Shown here in pieces: positions 1 through 6,244 of a stretch of DNA of 8,219 bases. Made by a program: the position numbers and the translations under genes. The notes under the pieces were generated by a model. The model was not told the origin of the DNA and searched no databases. It saw only the letters and a list, made by a program, of their open reading frames with translations. This DNA is from Nitrososphaerota archaeon (lineage in GTDB: Archaea > Thermoproteota > Nitrososphaeria > Nitrososphaerales > UBA57), in NCBI GenBank assembly GCA_013306035.1, contig JABUBF010000014.1, forward strand, positions 21,884-30,102, written 5' to 3'. Within the stretch, counting starts at the first letter, position 1. The number at the start of each line of letters is the position of its first letter.

Positions 1-2
1 AT

Positions 3-878
3 TTTACTGCAAAAGTCAAGGATACAGGGGATTTAATAGAAACAACAATAGAAGAGGAAGGAAAAAAGATAGGTGAATTCGATGAAGATTTTGTTTTTAA
101 GCCTAGATTAGTAGCAGTTGGAGCAGGTTGGGAATTAAAAGGATTGGATGAAGCTCTTGAAAGAGCAGAAGTAGGAGAGGCAGTAAATATAGATATTCCA
201 CCAGAGAAAGGATTCGGAATTAGAGATACTTCGAAGACTAGGCTGATGCCGTTGAGGAAATTTAAAGATAAAGCCGATCAAATCACTGTGGGTGAAGAAG
301 TAGAAATAGATGGCAGAAGAGGCATTGTCAGGTTTGTCGGATCAGGGAGAGCTCAAATAGATTTTAATCACAGATATGCAGGAAGAACTTTAGAATATAA
401 CTTTACAGTGGTCAAGAAGATTGAACAGAATGAAGAAATGATCAATGAGATAATTGAAAGAAGAATTCCAAATAGTGTCGGAAAAATTAATGTAAAAGTT
501 GAACAGAATATTGCAAGCATAGAAATTCCCGATGAATATTTCTTATTAGAAGGTTTGCAAATAATTAAGAGAGCTATTGCAAATGAGATTATGAAATATG
601 TAAATGATGTAAATGAGATATCTTACATTGAACAGTTTAAGGAAGATAAGAAAGATGCAGAGAAATTGGTAGCGGATGAATCATTAGAAGAAACATCTTC
701 GGATGATTCAGTCTCACAGGATGATTCAGTCTCACAGGATGATTCAGTCTCACAGGATGATTCAGTCTCACAGGATGATTCAGTCTCACAGGATGATTCA
801 GTCTCACAGGATGATTCAGTCTCACAGGATGATTCAGTCTCACAGGATGATTCAGTAAAAGAAGTTCAGAAGGACTAA
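3..878 (+). CDS. FKBP-type peptidyl-prolyl cis-trans isomerase, archaeal long (SlyD-like) form; 5' end upstream of window; repetitive acidic C-terminal tail
   Basis: The frame of the listed ORF (144..878) stays open back to base 3 (FTAKVKDTGDLIETTIEEEGKKIGEFDEDFVFKPRLVAVGAGWELKGLDEAL...). Met-144 is therefore internal and the gene is cut by the window edge. FKBP/SlyD hallmarks are readable: GAGWELKGLDEAL, IPPEKGFG, and IDFNHRYAGRTLEY (compare the family motif DFNHPLAGK.L). Stop TAA at 876-878. Confidence 0.85.
   Translation, partial: FTAKVKDTGDLIETTIEEEGKKIGEFDEDFVFKPRLVAVGAGWELKGLDEALERAEVGEAVNIDIPPEKGFGIRDTSKTRLMPLRKFKDKADQITVGEEVEIDGRRGIVRFVGSGRAQIDFNHRYAGRTLEYNFTVVKKIEQNEEMINEIIERRIPNSVGKINVKVEQNIASIEIPDEYFLLEGLQIIKRAIANEIMKYVNDVNEISYIEQFKEDKKDAEKLVADESLEETSSDDSVSQDDSVSQDDSVSQDDSVSQDDSVSQDDSVSQDDSVSQDDSVSQDDSVKEVQKD
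702..856 (+). repeat. Perfect 18-bp tandem repeat (gatgattcagtctcacag) x 8 plus an 11-nt partial copy, in frame, encoding (DDSVSQ)8-DDSV
   Basis: Counted directly. Units run 702-719, 720-737 and so on to 828-845 with no mismatch, and the partial copy is 846-856. The repeat lies inside the FKBP CDS, 20 nt before its stop. Confidence 0.97.
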
Positions 879-887
879 GTAATCTGA

Positions 888-1949
888 TTATATACAATTA
901 GTGTCAGAAAGCAGTTTATGAATATTATCTCGGTCTAAATCAGTAGTATTAAGTATAGTATAACGATCAGGACGAATTGTAGGAGCTAGATTTATAGCTT
1001 CAATCATCTCATCGTCGCTAATGCCTAGATCATGAACATTAGTAGGGCAATTGACTCGTTGAAGTGCAGCACGGATTTCTTGCCAATCTAAACCGTGTAA
1101 TTTTGACATGACTATAGAAGAAATACCGCATTTTTCTCCATGAAGGCCGTTATCAGGTGAGATTATATCTAGGGCATGACTAATCAGATGTTCAGAACCA
1201 CTACAGGGTCTACTACTACCAGCAATTCCTGCTGCAACGCCAGTACTGATTAGTGCTTCAACAATATTTCGTACGCTATCATTTTTATTGGTAGTAAAAT
1301 TCAAGGATTCGTCAAATAAGATTCGAGAGCTCATATAGGAAAGATTGGCAGCATAGTTGCCGAATCGTTCACCAGAATTATCACGTGCAAGTTCCCAGTC
1401 TTTAACTGCAGTAATTTTTGCAATTAAATCTCCGCAACCACTAGATAATAATCGATCAGGAGCTTGCGATATTATTTTGATGTCAGCAAAGATGCCTAGA
1501 GGGGGACTAGCTACGAAAGAATAAGGTCGATCAGATCCTTTGAGTGAAGCAAATGGACTAGCAATTCCGTCATGTGACGCACTGGTAGGAAAGCTAACAA
1601 AGGGGATTTTTGCGTGGTAAGAAGACAATTTAGCAACGTCAACGGATTTACCTCCGCCAATACCAACAATAATACCATAATTATTAGATTTACAAAGTTC
1701 AGATACTTCATCGGTAATTGAGATTGTTGCATTATCAATTATTTTCCAATCAAATTTATGTTGTGAAATTTCCAATGATTCAGTAATAGAACTCTTGACT
1801 ACATTTTGAACATTTTTCCCACTAACAAACAATACGGGTTTATCCACGCCAAGATCATTTAGAAAACTGCCAAATTCTCCAATAATATTATGTCCTATTA
1901 ATACACGATTAGGCAATTCCATTAAATGGCCTTTTTTAACAGAATTCAT
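888..1949 (-). CDS. egsA: sn-glycerol-1-phosphate dehydrogenase [NAD(P)+] (archaeal ether-lipid backbone synthesis)
   Basis: 353 aa, the right size for the family. Iron-ADH/DHQS-like fold motifs typical of G1PDH: GIGGGKSVDVAK (nucleotide loop), SHDGIASP, GCGDLIAK, SGSEHLISHALD and LHGEKCG (metal ligands). An alternative ATG at 1922 (MELPNRV...) is possible. ATG 1949 fits the TATA spacing better. Confidence 0.9.
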   Translation of the reverse strand: MNSVKKGHLMELPNRVLIGHNIIGEFGSFLNDLGVDKPVLFVSGKNVQNVVKSSITESLEISQHKFDWKIIDNATISITDEVSELCKSNNYGIIVGIGGGKSVDVAKLSSYHAKIPFVSFPTSASHDGIASPFASLKGSDRPYSFVASPPLGIFADIKIISQAPDRLLSSGCGDLIAKITAVKDWELARDNSGERFGNYAANLSYMSSRILFDESLNFTTNKNDSVRNIVEALISTGVAAGIAGSSRPCSGSEHLISHALDIISPDNGLHGEKCGISSIVMSKLHGLDWQEIRAALQRVNCPTNVHDLGISDDEMIEAINLAPTIRPDRYTILNTTDLDRDNIHKLLSDTNCI

Positions 1950-1972
1950 TTAGCATAAAAAAAGTTCTAATC

Positions 1973-1980
1973 TTTTATAT
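1973..1980 (-). promoter_or_regulatory. TATA-like box (atataaaa on the minus strand) for egsA
   Basis: AT octamer with 23 nt between it and ATG 1949. The same spacing is seen at pfdA and at the Tat-protein gene. The region is AT-rich, so this is a spacing-based guess. Confidence 0.4.
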
Positions 1981-1986
1981 CTATTT

Positions 1987-2373
1987 TTAATTGCGATTAG
2001 AATTGCTATGAACTTGCTGAAATTTAATCCAATGAATTATCAAATCTACTGCAAAATCTATCTGATCAGGAGTGAGTTCGAGGCCTTTTGGAATATTATG
2101 CCATTTATTCATACATTTACGACAGCATGTAGCAGTGGCATGTTGGGCCACAAAAACAGGATGGTTTTTGAATGGAGTTTGTTTCCCATCATTAATAGGA
2201 TATGCAGGAGATAATCGATCAAGAATAAATTTATGAGCGTGGTCTATGATTTCAGAAATTCCATGTTTTTCTAAATAGTCATAATCTTTCACACTAAGCG
2301 TGAAACTACTACGAAATTTTGATTTTTGGAGTTTGGAAAGGTGATAATCAAAAATTGATTTAGGCAATAACAA
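1987..2373 (-). CDS. DUF4186 domain protein (function unknown)
   Basis: 128 aa. The core GKQTPFKNHPVFVAQHATATCCRKCMNKWHNIP matches my memory of the conserved DUF4186 block (GKQTP..GHPVF.AQHATATCCR.C..KWH.I). The first codon is TTG, immediately after an in-frame TAA. The first internal Met is at residue 88. Confidence 0.75.
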   Translation of the reverse strand: MLLPKSIFDYHLSKLQKSKFRSSFTLSVKDYDYLEKHGISEIIDHAHKFILDRLSPAYPINDGKQTPFKNHPVFVAQHATATCCRKCMNKWHNIPKGLELTPDQIDFAVDLIIHWIKFQQVHSNSNRN

Positions 2374-2428
2374 TTAAAAATAACGTAATCCCTATAAGTC
2401 ATCTCTCAAATTAAAGTTGCAGATATAA

Positions 2429-3094
2429 TTGGGTATTATCAAATTCGATGTTTATAGGAATCCGAATATAGGAGTATTTTTTCAAGCGAATGATAATTTT
2501 TTAATTAGTCCACCAGGAGTGACTTCCTCAAAAATATCAAAGATTACAGGACATCTAAAAGTATCAAATGTGTCAACATCAATTGGGGGATCCAGGCTTA
2601 TAGGAGCTTTAACTGCAATGAACAGTAATGGAATAATTGTTTCAAAATTAATTGAAGGATTTGAAGAAAAAATAATAACTAAAGAGACTGGATTATCTTT
2701 ACAAAAATTAAACTCGAGATTTACTTCTGCAGGAAATCTTATTGCTGCAAATGATTATGGAGCGATTATTTCAAGTCTGATTAATGAAGAAGAAGCGAAG
2801 AATATTTCAAAAATTTTACAAGTACCTGTGAAAAGAATGAATATTTCATCCATGTATTTGATTGGAGCGATGATCAAGGCGACAAACACGGGAGCAATAG
2901 CTCATCCCATAATTAATGATAATAATTTGAAGACAATAAGGGACGTTCTGCAAGTAGATGTAAAAAATACAACTGTAAACAGTGGAGTGCCTTATGTTTC
3001 ATCAGGAATCATTTCAAACACTGAAAATATATTAGTCGGGAGTCAAACAAGCGGATCTGAATTGGTAATGGTCACTAATGCATTTGGTATTTAG
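2429..3094 (+). CDS. eif6: Translation initiation factor 6 (aIF6)
   Basis: 221 aa. Five-fold pseudo-repeat typical of eIF6: NPNIGVF, IGGSRLIGAL, SAGNLIAANDYGAII, IGAMIKATNTGAIAHP, VSSGIISNTENILVG, ending SGSELVMVTNAFGI. It is colinear from residue 1 with archaeal aIF6 as I recall it (M. jannaschii MIIRKYFSGIPTIGV...). The start codon is TTG, directly after an in-frame TAA. Confidence 0.9.
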   Translation: MGIIKFDVYRNPNIGVFFQANDNFLISPPGVTSSKISKITGHLKVSNVSTSIGGSRLIGALTAMNSNGIIVSKLIEGFEEKIITKETGLSLQKLNSRFTSAGNLIAANDYGAIISSLINEEEAKNISKILQVPVKRMNISSMYLIGAMIKATNTGAIAHPIINDNNLKTIRDVLQVDVKNTTVNSGVPYVSSGIISNTENILVGSQTSGSELVMVTNAFGI

Positions 3095-3120
3095 AGAATT
3101 TAATACTCAGTCATAAATGT

Positions 3121-3128
3121 TTTAAATA
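3121..3128 (+). promoter_or_regulatory. TATA-like box (tttaaata) for pfdA-ftsY-argF
   Basis: 22 nt separate the octamer from ATG 3151. Same spacing as at two other genes in the window. Confidence 0.4.
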
Positions 3129-3150
3129 AGAAGAACGAAAAAAGAATAAA

Positions 3151-3573
3151 ATGAATGTTGATCAACAGACACAAGTATTACTTCAGCAGATGAAAGCACT
3201 AGAATCATATCTAACAGATATCAGTAATAAAGAAAATATGTCAATGAATGCGATAATAGAAAGCAGAGCTTCTGTCAGAGCAACGGAAATTTTAAGCGAT
3301 ACTGAGCCAAAAGAAATATTATTCCCAATTGGATCAGGGCTATTAACTAAGGTAGGGGATGAAAAAGCATTCTTTGTCAATATAGGTGCAGGAATTACAG
3401 TAGAAAAAGATAAAGAGGAAGTGAAAGAATTTCTCAATGAGAGAATTAAAGATATAGAAAAATCTATAAAAACATTAAGTATACAAAAAAAGGACATGGC
3501 ACAGCAATACAACAGTATTAGAGCTGCATTGAACAATATTGTACAGGGCCAACAAAATGTTAGACAAAATTAA
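3151..3573 (+). CDS. pfdA: Prefoldin alpha subunit
   Basis: 140 aa with N- and C-terminal coiled-coil segments (QQTQVLLQQMKALESYL...; IKDIEKSIKTLSIQKKDMAQQYNSIRAAL). They flank the central beta-hairpin block ILFPIGSGLLTKV...FFVNIGAGITVEKDKEEVKEFL, characteristic of alpha-class prefoldin. Located immediately upstream of ftsY. Confidence 0.85.
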   Translation: MNVDQQTQVLLQQMKALESYLTDISNKENMSMNAIIESRASVRATEILSDTEPKEILFPIGSGLLTKVGDEKAFFVNIGAGITVEKDKEEVKEFLNERIKDIEKSIKTLSIQKKDMAQQYNSIRAALNNIVQGQQNVRQN

Positions 3574-4456
3574 AAACGTAGTATCAAATCTTTCAAAAAT
3601 AGCTGTAGAGAAGCAAATTTCGGAAAAAGAGTTAGACATAGTAATTGAGAATTTAAAAATAGATTTGTTGGAATCCGAAATTCCGTTTAATTTGGTGGAG
3701 AAGATATCAGAAAATATAAAGAAACATATGATTGATAGAAAATTTTCTAGAAGCGATGAATTCAAGGAAATTATTAAAAATGAATTTACAAAGTCAATAG
3801 TAGAAATATTTGATAAAGTAGAAGATGTAGATTTAATTAATTTGATAAAAACAAATAAAGATAATCCATTTAAAATATTAATTGTTGGTATAAATGGATC
3901 AGGAAAAACTACAACAGTAGCAAAAATTGGATATTTATTAAAAGAGAATAATATTTCCTCAGTAATAGTTGCAGGAGATACATTCAGATCAGGTGCAATA
4001 GAACAGATTAAAGAACATGCAGATAGACTTAATCTAAAATTAATATCGCAAGAATATGGGTCCGACCCCGCTGCAGTAGCAAGAGACGGAGTCGAGTATT
4101 CAAAAACTCACAACATAGATGCAGTAATAATCGATACTTCAGGACGCGTTCAAACAAACAACAACCTCATGCAAGAGGTATTGAAAATTAATAATGTAAT
4201 AAATCCTGATTTCACCATATTCATAGGAGATTCACTTGCAGGAAATGATTTAGTTTCACAGGCGCAAGAATTCTTCAAATTTACTAAGTTTAATGGTTCG
4301 ATTTTAACAAAAGTGGATGCAGATGTCAAAGGCGGGGCAATATTATCAATATTGAGTGAATCGTCAAAACCAATAATATATATAGGGACTGGACAAGAGT
4401 ATAAAGACCTTGAGAAATTTAATGAAGAGAAATTTCTATCAGGGTTATTTCAATAA
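3557..4456 (+). CDS. ftsY: Signal recognition particle receptor FtsY
   Basis: SRP-GTPase NG domain motifs: GINGSGKTTT (G1), DTFRSGAIEQ (G2), DTSGR (G3), TKVDAD (G4), GTGQEYKDL. The ORF track starts at 3539, which is a TTG. The in-frame ATG at 3557 gives MLDKIKNVVSNL..., a typical archaeal FtsY N-terminus, and leaves a 17-nt overlap with pfdA. Confidence 0.9.
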   Translation: MLDKIKNVVSNLSKIAVEKQISEKELDIVIENLKIDLLESEIPFNLVEKISENIKKHMIDRKFSRSDEFKEIIKNEFTKSIVEIFDKVEDVDLINLIKTNKDNPFKILIVGINGSGKTTTVAKIGYLLKENNISSVIVAGDTFRSGAIEQIKEHADRLNLKLISQEYGSDPAAVARDGVEYSKTHNIDAVIIDTSGRVQTNNNLMQEVLKINNVINPDFTIFIGDSLAGNDLVSQAQEFFKFTKFNGSILTKVDADVKGGAILSILSESSKPIIYIGTGQEYKDLEKFNEEKFLSGLFQ

Positions 4457-4465
4457 GGGTATGTA

Positions 4466-5395
4466 ATGAACATGAAGAACTTAATTTCCATAAGTGAATT
4501 GCAGGATAAAGAGATATTGCAAATGGTAAAAATTGCAAGAAAATTTAAGAAAAATGACAATTCATCTAATATTCGTGCATCTTATAAAATTAAAAATAAA
4601 ACTTTAGCATTGATTTTTCAGAAACCATCAACGAGAACCAGATTAAGTTTTGAAGTTGCAATGATGGAATTAGGAGGTAATTCTATATTTCTAAGTGAGT
4701 CAGATTTACAGATATCAAGAGGAGAATTAATGAAAGATACAGCTAGAACACTTTCAAAATATGTAGATATTGTGGCAATTCGTACATACAATAATTCAGA
4801 TATACAGGAATTTATCGATAATTCTTCAATTCCAGTAATTAATGCATTATCAAATACTAATCACCCATGTCAAGCATTATCGGATATTCAAACTATAATT
4901 GAAGAGAAGAAAACATTACGTAATTTGAAAATAACATGGATTGGAGATAGTAATAATGTATTGAATGACTTTATGTTTGCGGCATTAAAACTAGGTGCTG
5001 ATTTTTCATTGGCATGTCCTAACAAGTATTCGCCGAAGAAGCAAGTATTGAAAGTTGCAGATGAGATAATGGCAGAGAATAATTCTACATTTTCAATAAT
5101 GACAGATCCAATTAAAGCTGTAAAAGATTCAGATGTTGTAGTCACTGATAGAATAATTTCAATGGGTGATAAGAATAAAGAGAGTAAGAAAAAGGTTTTT
5201 CTTCCAAAGTATAGAGTAACAGAGAAGATAATGTCGAATGCAAAGGATGATGCAATCTTTATGCATTGTTTACCTGCAGTACGTGGTGAGGAAGTATCAG
5301 AAAAAGTAATTGATGGAAAGAATTCAGTGATTTGGCAACAAGTTGAGAATAAATTGCATATGCATAAGGCCCTGATATGGTCAATGTTGAAATAG
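4466..5395 (+). CDS. argF: Ornithine carbamoyltransferase
   Basis: STRTRLSFE (carbamoyl-phosphate site), HPCQALSD, WIGDSNNV, D-x3-SMG (TDRIISMG, ornithine site) and FMHCLPA. HCLP rather than HPLP separates OTC from aspartate carbamoyltransferase. 309 aa. The ATG lies 9 nt after the ftsY stop. Confidence 0.88.
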   Translation: MNMKNLISISELQDKEILQMVKIARKFKKNDNSSNIRASYKIKNKTLALIFQKPSTRTRLSFEVAMMELGGNSIFLSESDLQISRGELMKDTARTLSKYVDIVAIRTYNNSDIQEFIDNSSIPVINALSNTNHPCQALSDIQTIIEEKKTLRNLKITWIGDSNNVLNDFMFAALKLGADFSLACPNKYSPKKQVLKVADEIMAENNSTFSIMTDPIKAVKDSDVVVTDRIISMGDKNKESKKKVFLPKYRVTEKIMSNAKDDAIFMHCLPAVRGEEVSEKVIDGKNSVIWQQVENKLHMHKALIWSMLK

Positions 5396-5418
5396 AAATA
5401 TTTTGTTTATAATGCCGT

Positions 5419-5430
5419 TATATATATAAA
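5419..5430 (+). promoter_or_regulatory. TATA-like box (tatatatataaa) for the Tat-protein/peroxidase pair
   Basis: Strong alternating TA tract ending 22 nt before ATG 5453, inside the 57-nt spacer after argF. Confidence 0.45.
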
Positions 5431-5452
5431 GAAGTCGTTTATGAAATAAACT

Positions 5453-5554
5453 ATGACAAACATTCAATCTGATAAACAGAATAGAAGAGATTTCATAAAA
5501 TATGTAGGAGGAGCAGCTGTAGGATTAGGAATAGGTGGATTAGGATTTATAAAT
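5453..5554 (+). other. Tat signal / possible uncleaved N-terminal anchor of the orphan protein
   Basis: RR at codons 11-12 (nt 5483-5488), h-region to about residue 33. No obvious AxA cleavage motif follows (INSNSNLSAEKE). Confidence 0.6.
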
Positions 5555-6172
5555 TCTAATAGTAATCTTTCTGCAGAAAAAGAAATAAGTTCTAAATTAC
5601 AAACTGATGTTGCTAATTTGAATGACCGGTTAGAATATCTTCAAAGATGGGCAACATTTGGTGGTGGAAGTAATATTAAGAACATGCCGAATACAGTTGA
5701 TAAACAACCAACGGTAAGAATAGATGAGACATTCTATTTTGATCAGAAAAATGCAATTTGTCGAGTAGATAATAATCCTGAAGCATTCATAATGCCCACC
5801 TATCAAATGGGTGAAATAGAAATCGAGAAGAATACTTTCTTTATGTTGATGTCTACAACGAGTTTACACGTTAAATCAATTGAAGAATCTGAAAACTCAA
5901 CATGTATTTTAGAAAGTGATGTAGGAGATTGTTTTACTGAAGCATCTGCTGGAGGAAACATATATGGTTCTAGAATAAAACCAGAGCCATTCACATCAGA
6001 GATTGTTGCAGTAGATGGAAAAGCATTTTCATATACGGCATACTTTGATGAAAACGAGGCGCCAATCAATTATGCAATATTCGGTCCAAAATTTACTTTT
6101 ACTGGAGAATTGACTACCGGTTCAGTAACTGTAAAGAAATTAGAAAAATTAGCAAAATCATTACCGAAATAA
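5453..6172 (+). CDS. Hypothetical exported protein with twin-arginine (Tat) signal; no family recognised
   Basis: 239 aa. The N-terminus MTNIQSDKQNRRDFIKYVGGAAVGLGIGGLGFI contains the Tat consensus (RRxF[IL]K) followed by a Gly/Ala-rich hydrophobic region. The rest has ordinary coding composition and no stops. The shadow ORF on the opposite strand is much shorter. Confidence 0.75.
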   Translation: MTNIQSDKQNRRDFIKYVGGAAVGLGIGGLGFINSNSNLSAEKEISSKLQTDVANLNDRLEYLQRWATFGGGSNIKNMPNTVDKQPTVRIDETFYFDQKNAICRVDNNPEAFIMPTYQMGEIEIEKNTFFMLMSTTSLHVKSIEESENSTCILESDVGDCFTEASAGGNIYGSRIKPEPFTSEIVAVDGKAFSYTAYFDENEAPINYAIFGPKFTFTGELTTGSVTVKKLEKLAKSLPK

Positions 6173-6181
6173 GTATAAAAA

Positions 6182-6244
6182 ATGAAAAGATTAATAATAT
6201 TAATAATTAGTTTATTAATATTACTTCCGTCATTTGCATTAGGT
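6182..6244 (+). other. Sec-type signal peptide of the peroxidase
   Basis: n-region MKR, h-region LIILIISLLILL, c-region PSFALG followed by Q. There is no twin arginine. Confidence 0.7.

Noticed and set aside
702-856. Tandem repeat as a CRISPR array or other non-coding satellite
   Set aside because: The units are contiguous with no spacers, are 18 bp long (a multiple of 3), and lie in frame within an open reading frame that continues to a normal stop.
637-897. Minus-strand ORF encoding (LNHPVR)n
   Set aside because: It is the reverse-complement reading of the 18-bp tandem repeat. It exists only because the repeat lacks stops in that frame. It also overlaps the homology-supported FKBP CDS and the 3' end of egsA.
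3539-3556. TTG at 3539 as the ftsY start (ORF-track coordinate)
   Set aside because: An in-frame ATG 18 nt downstream gives a typical FtsY N-terminus and halves the overlap with pfdA. The TTG start is not excluded, only less likely.
4466-5395. Aspartate carbamoyltransferase (pyrB) instead of OTC
   Set aside because: HCLPA (not HPLP), the D-x3-SMG ornithine motif and WIGDSNNV are OTC-type. There is no adjacent pyrI.
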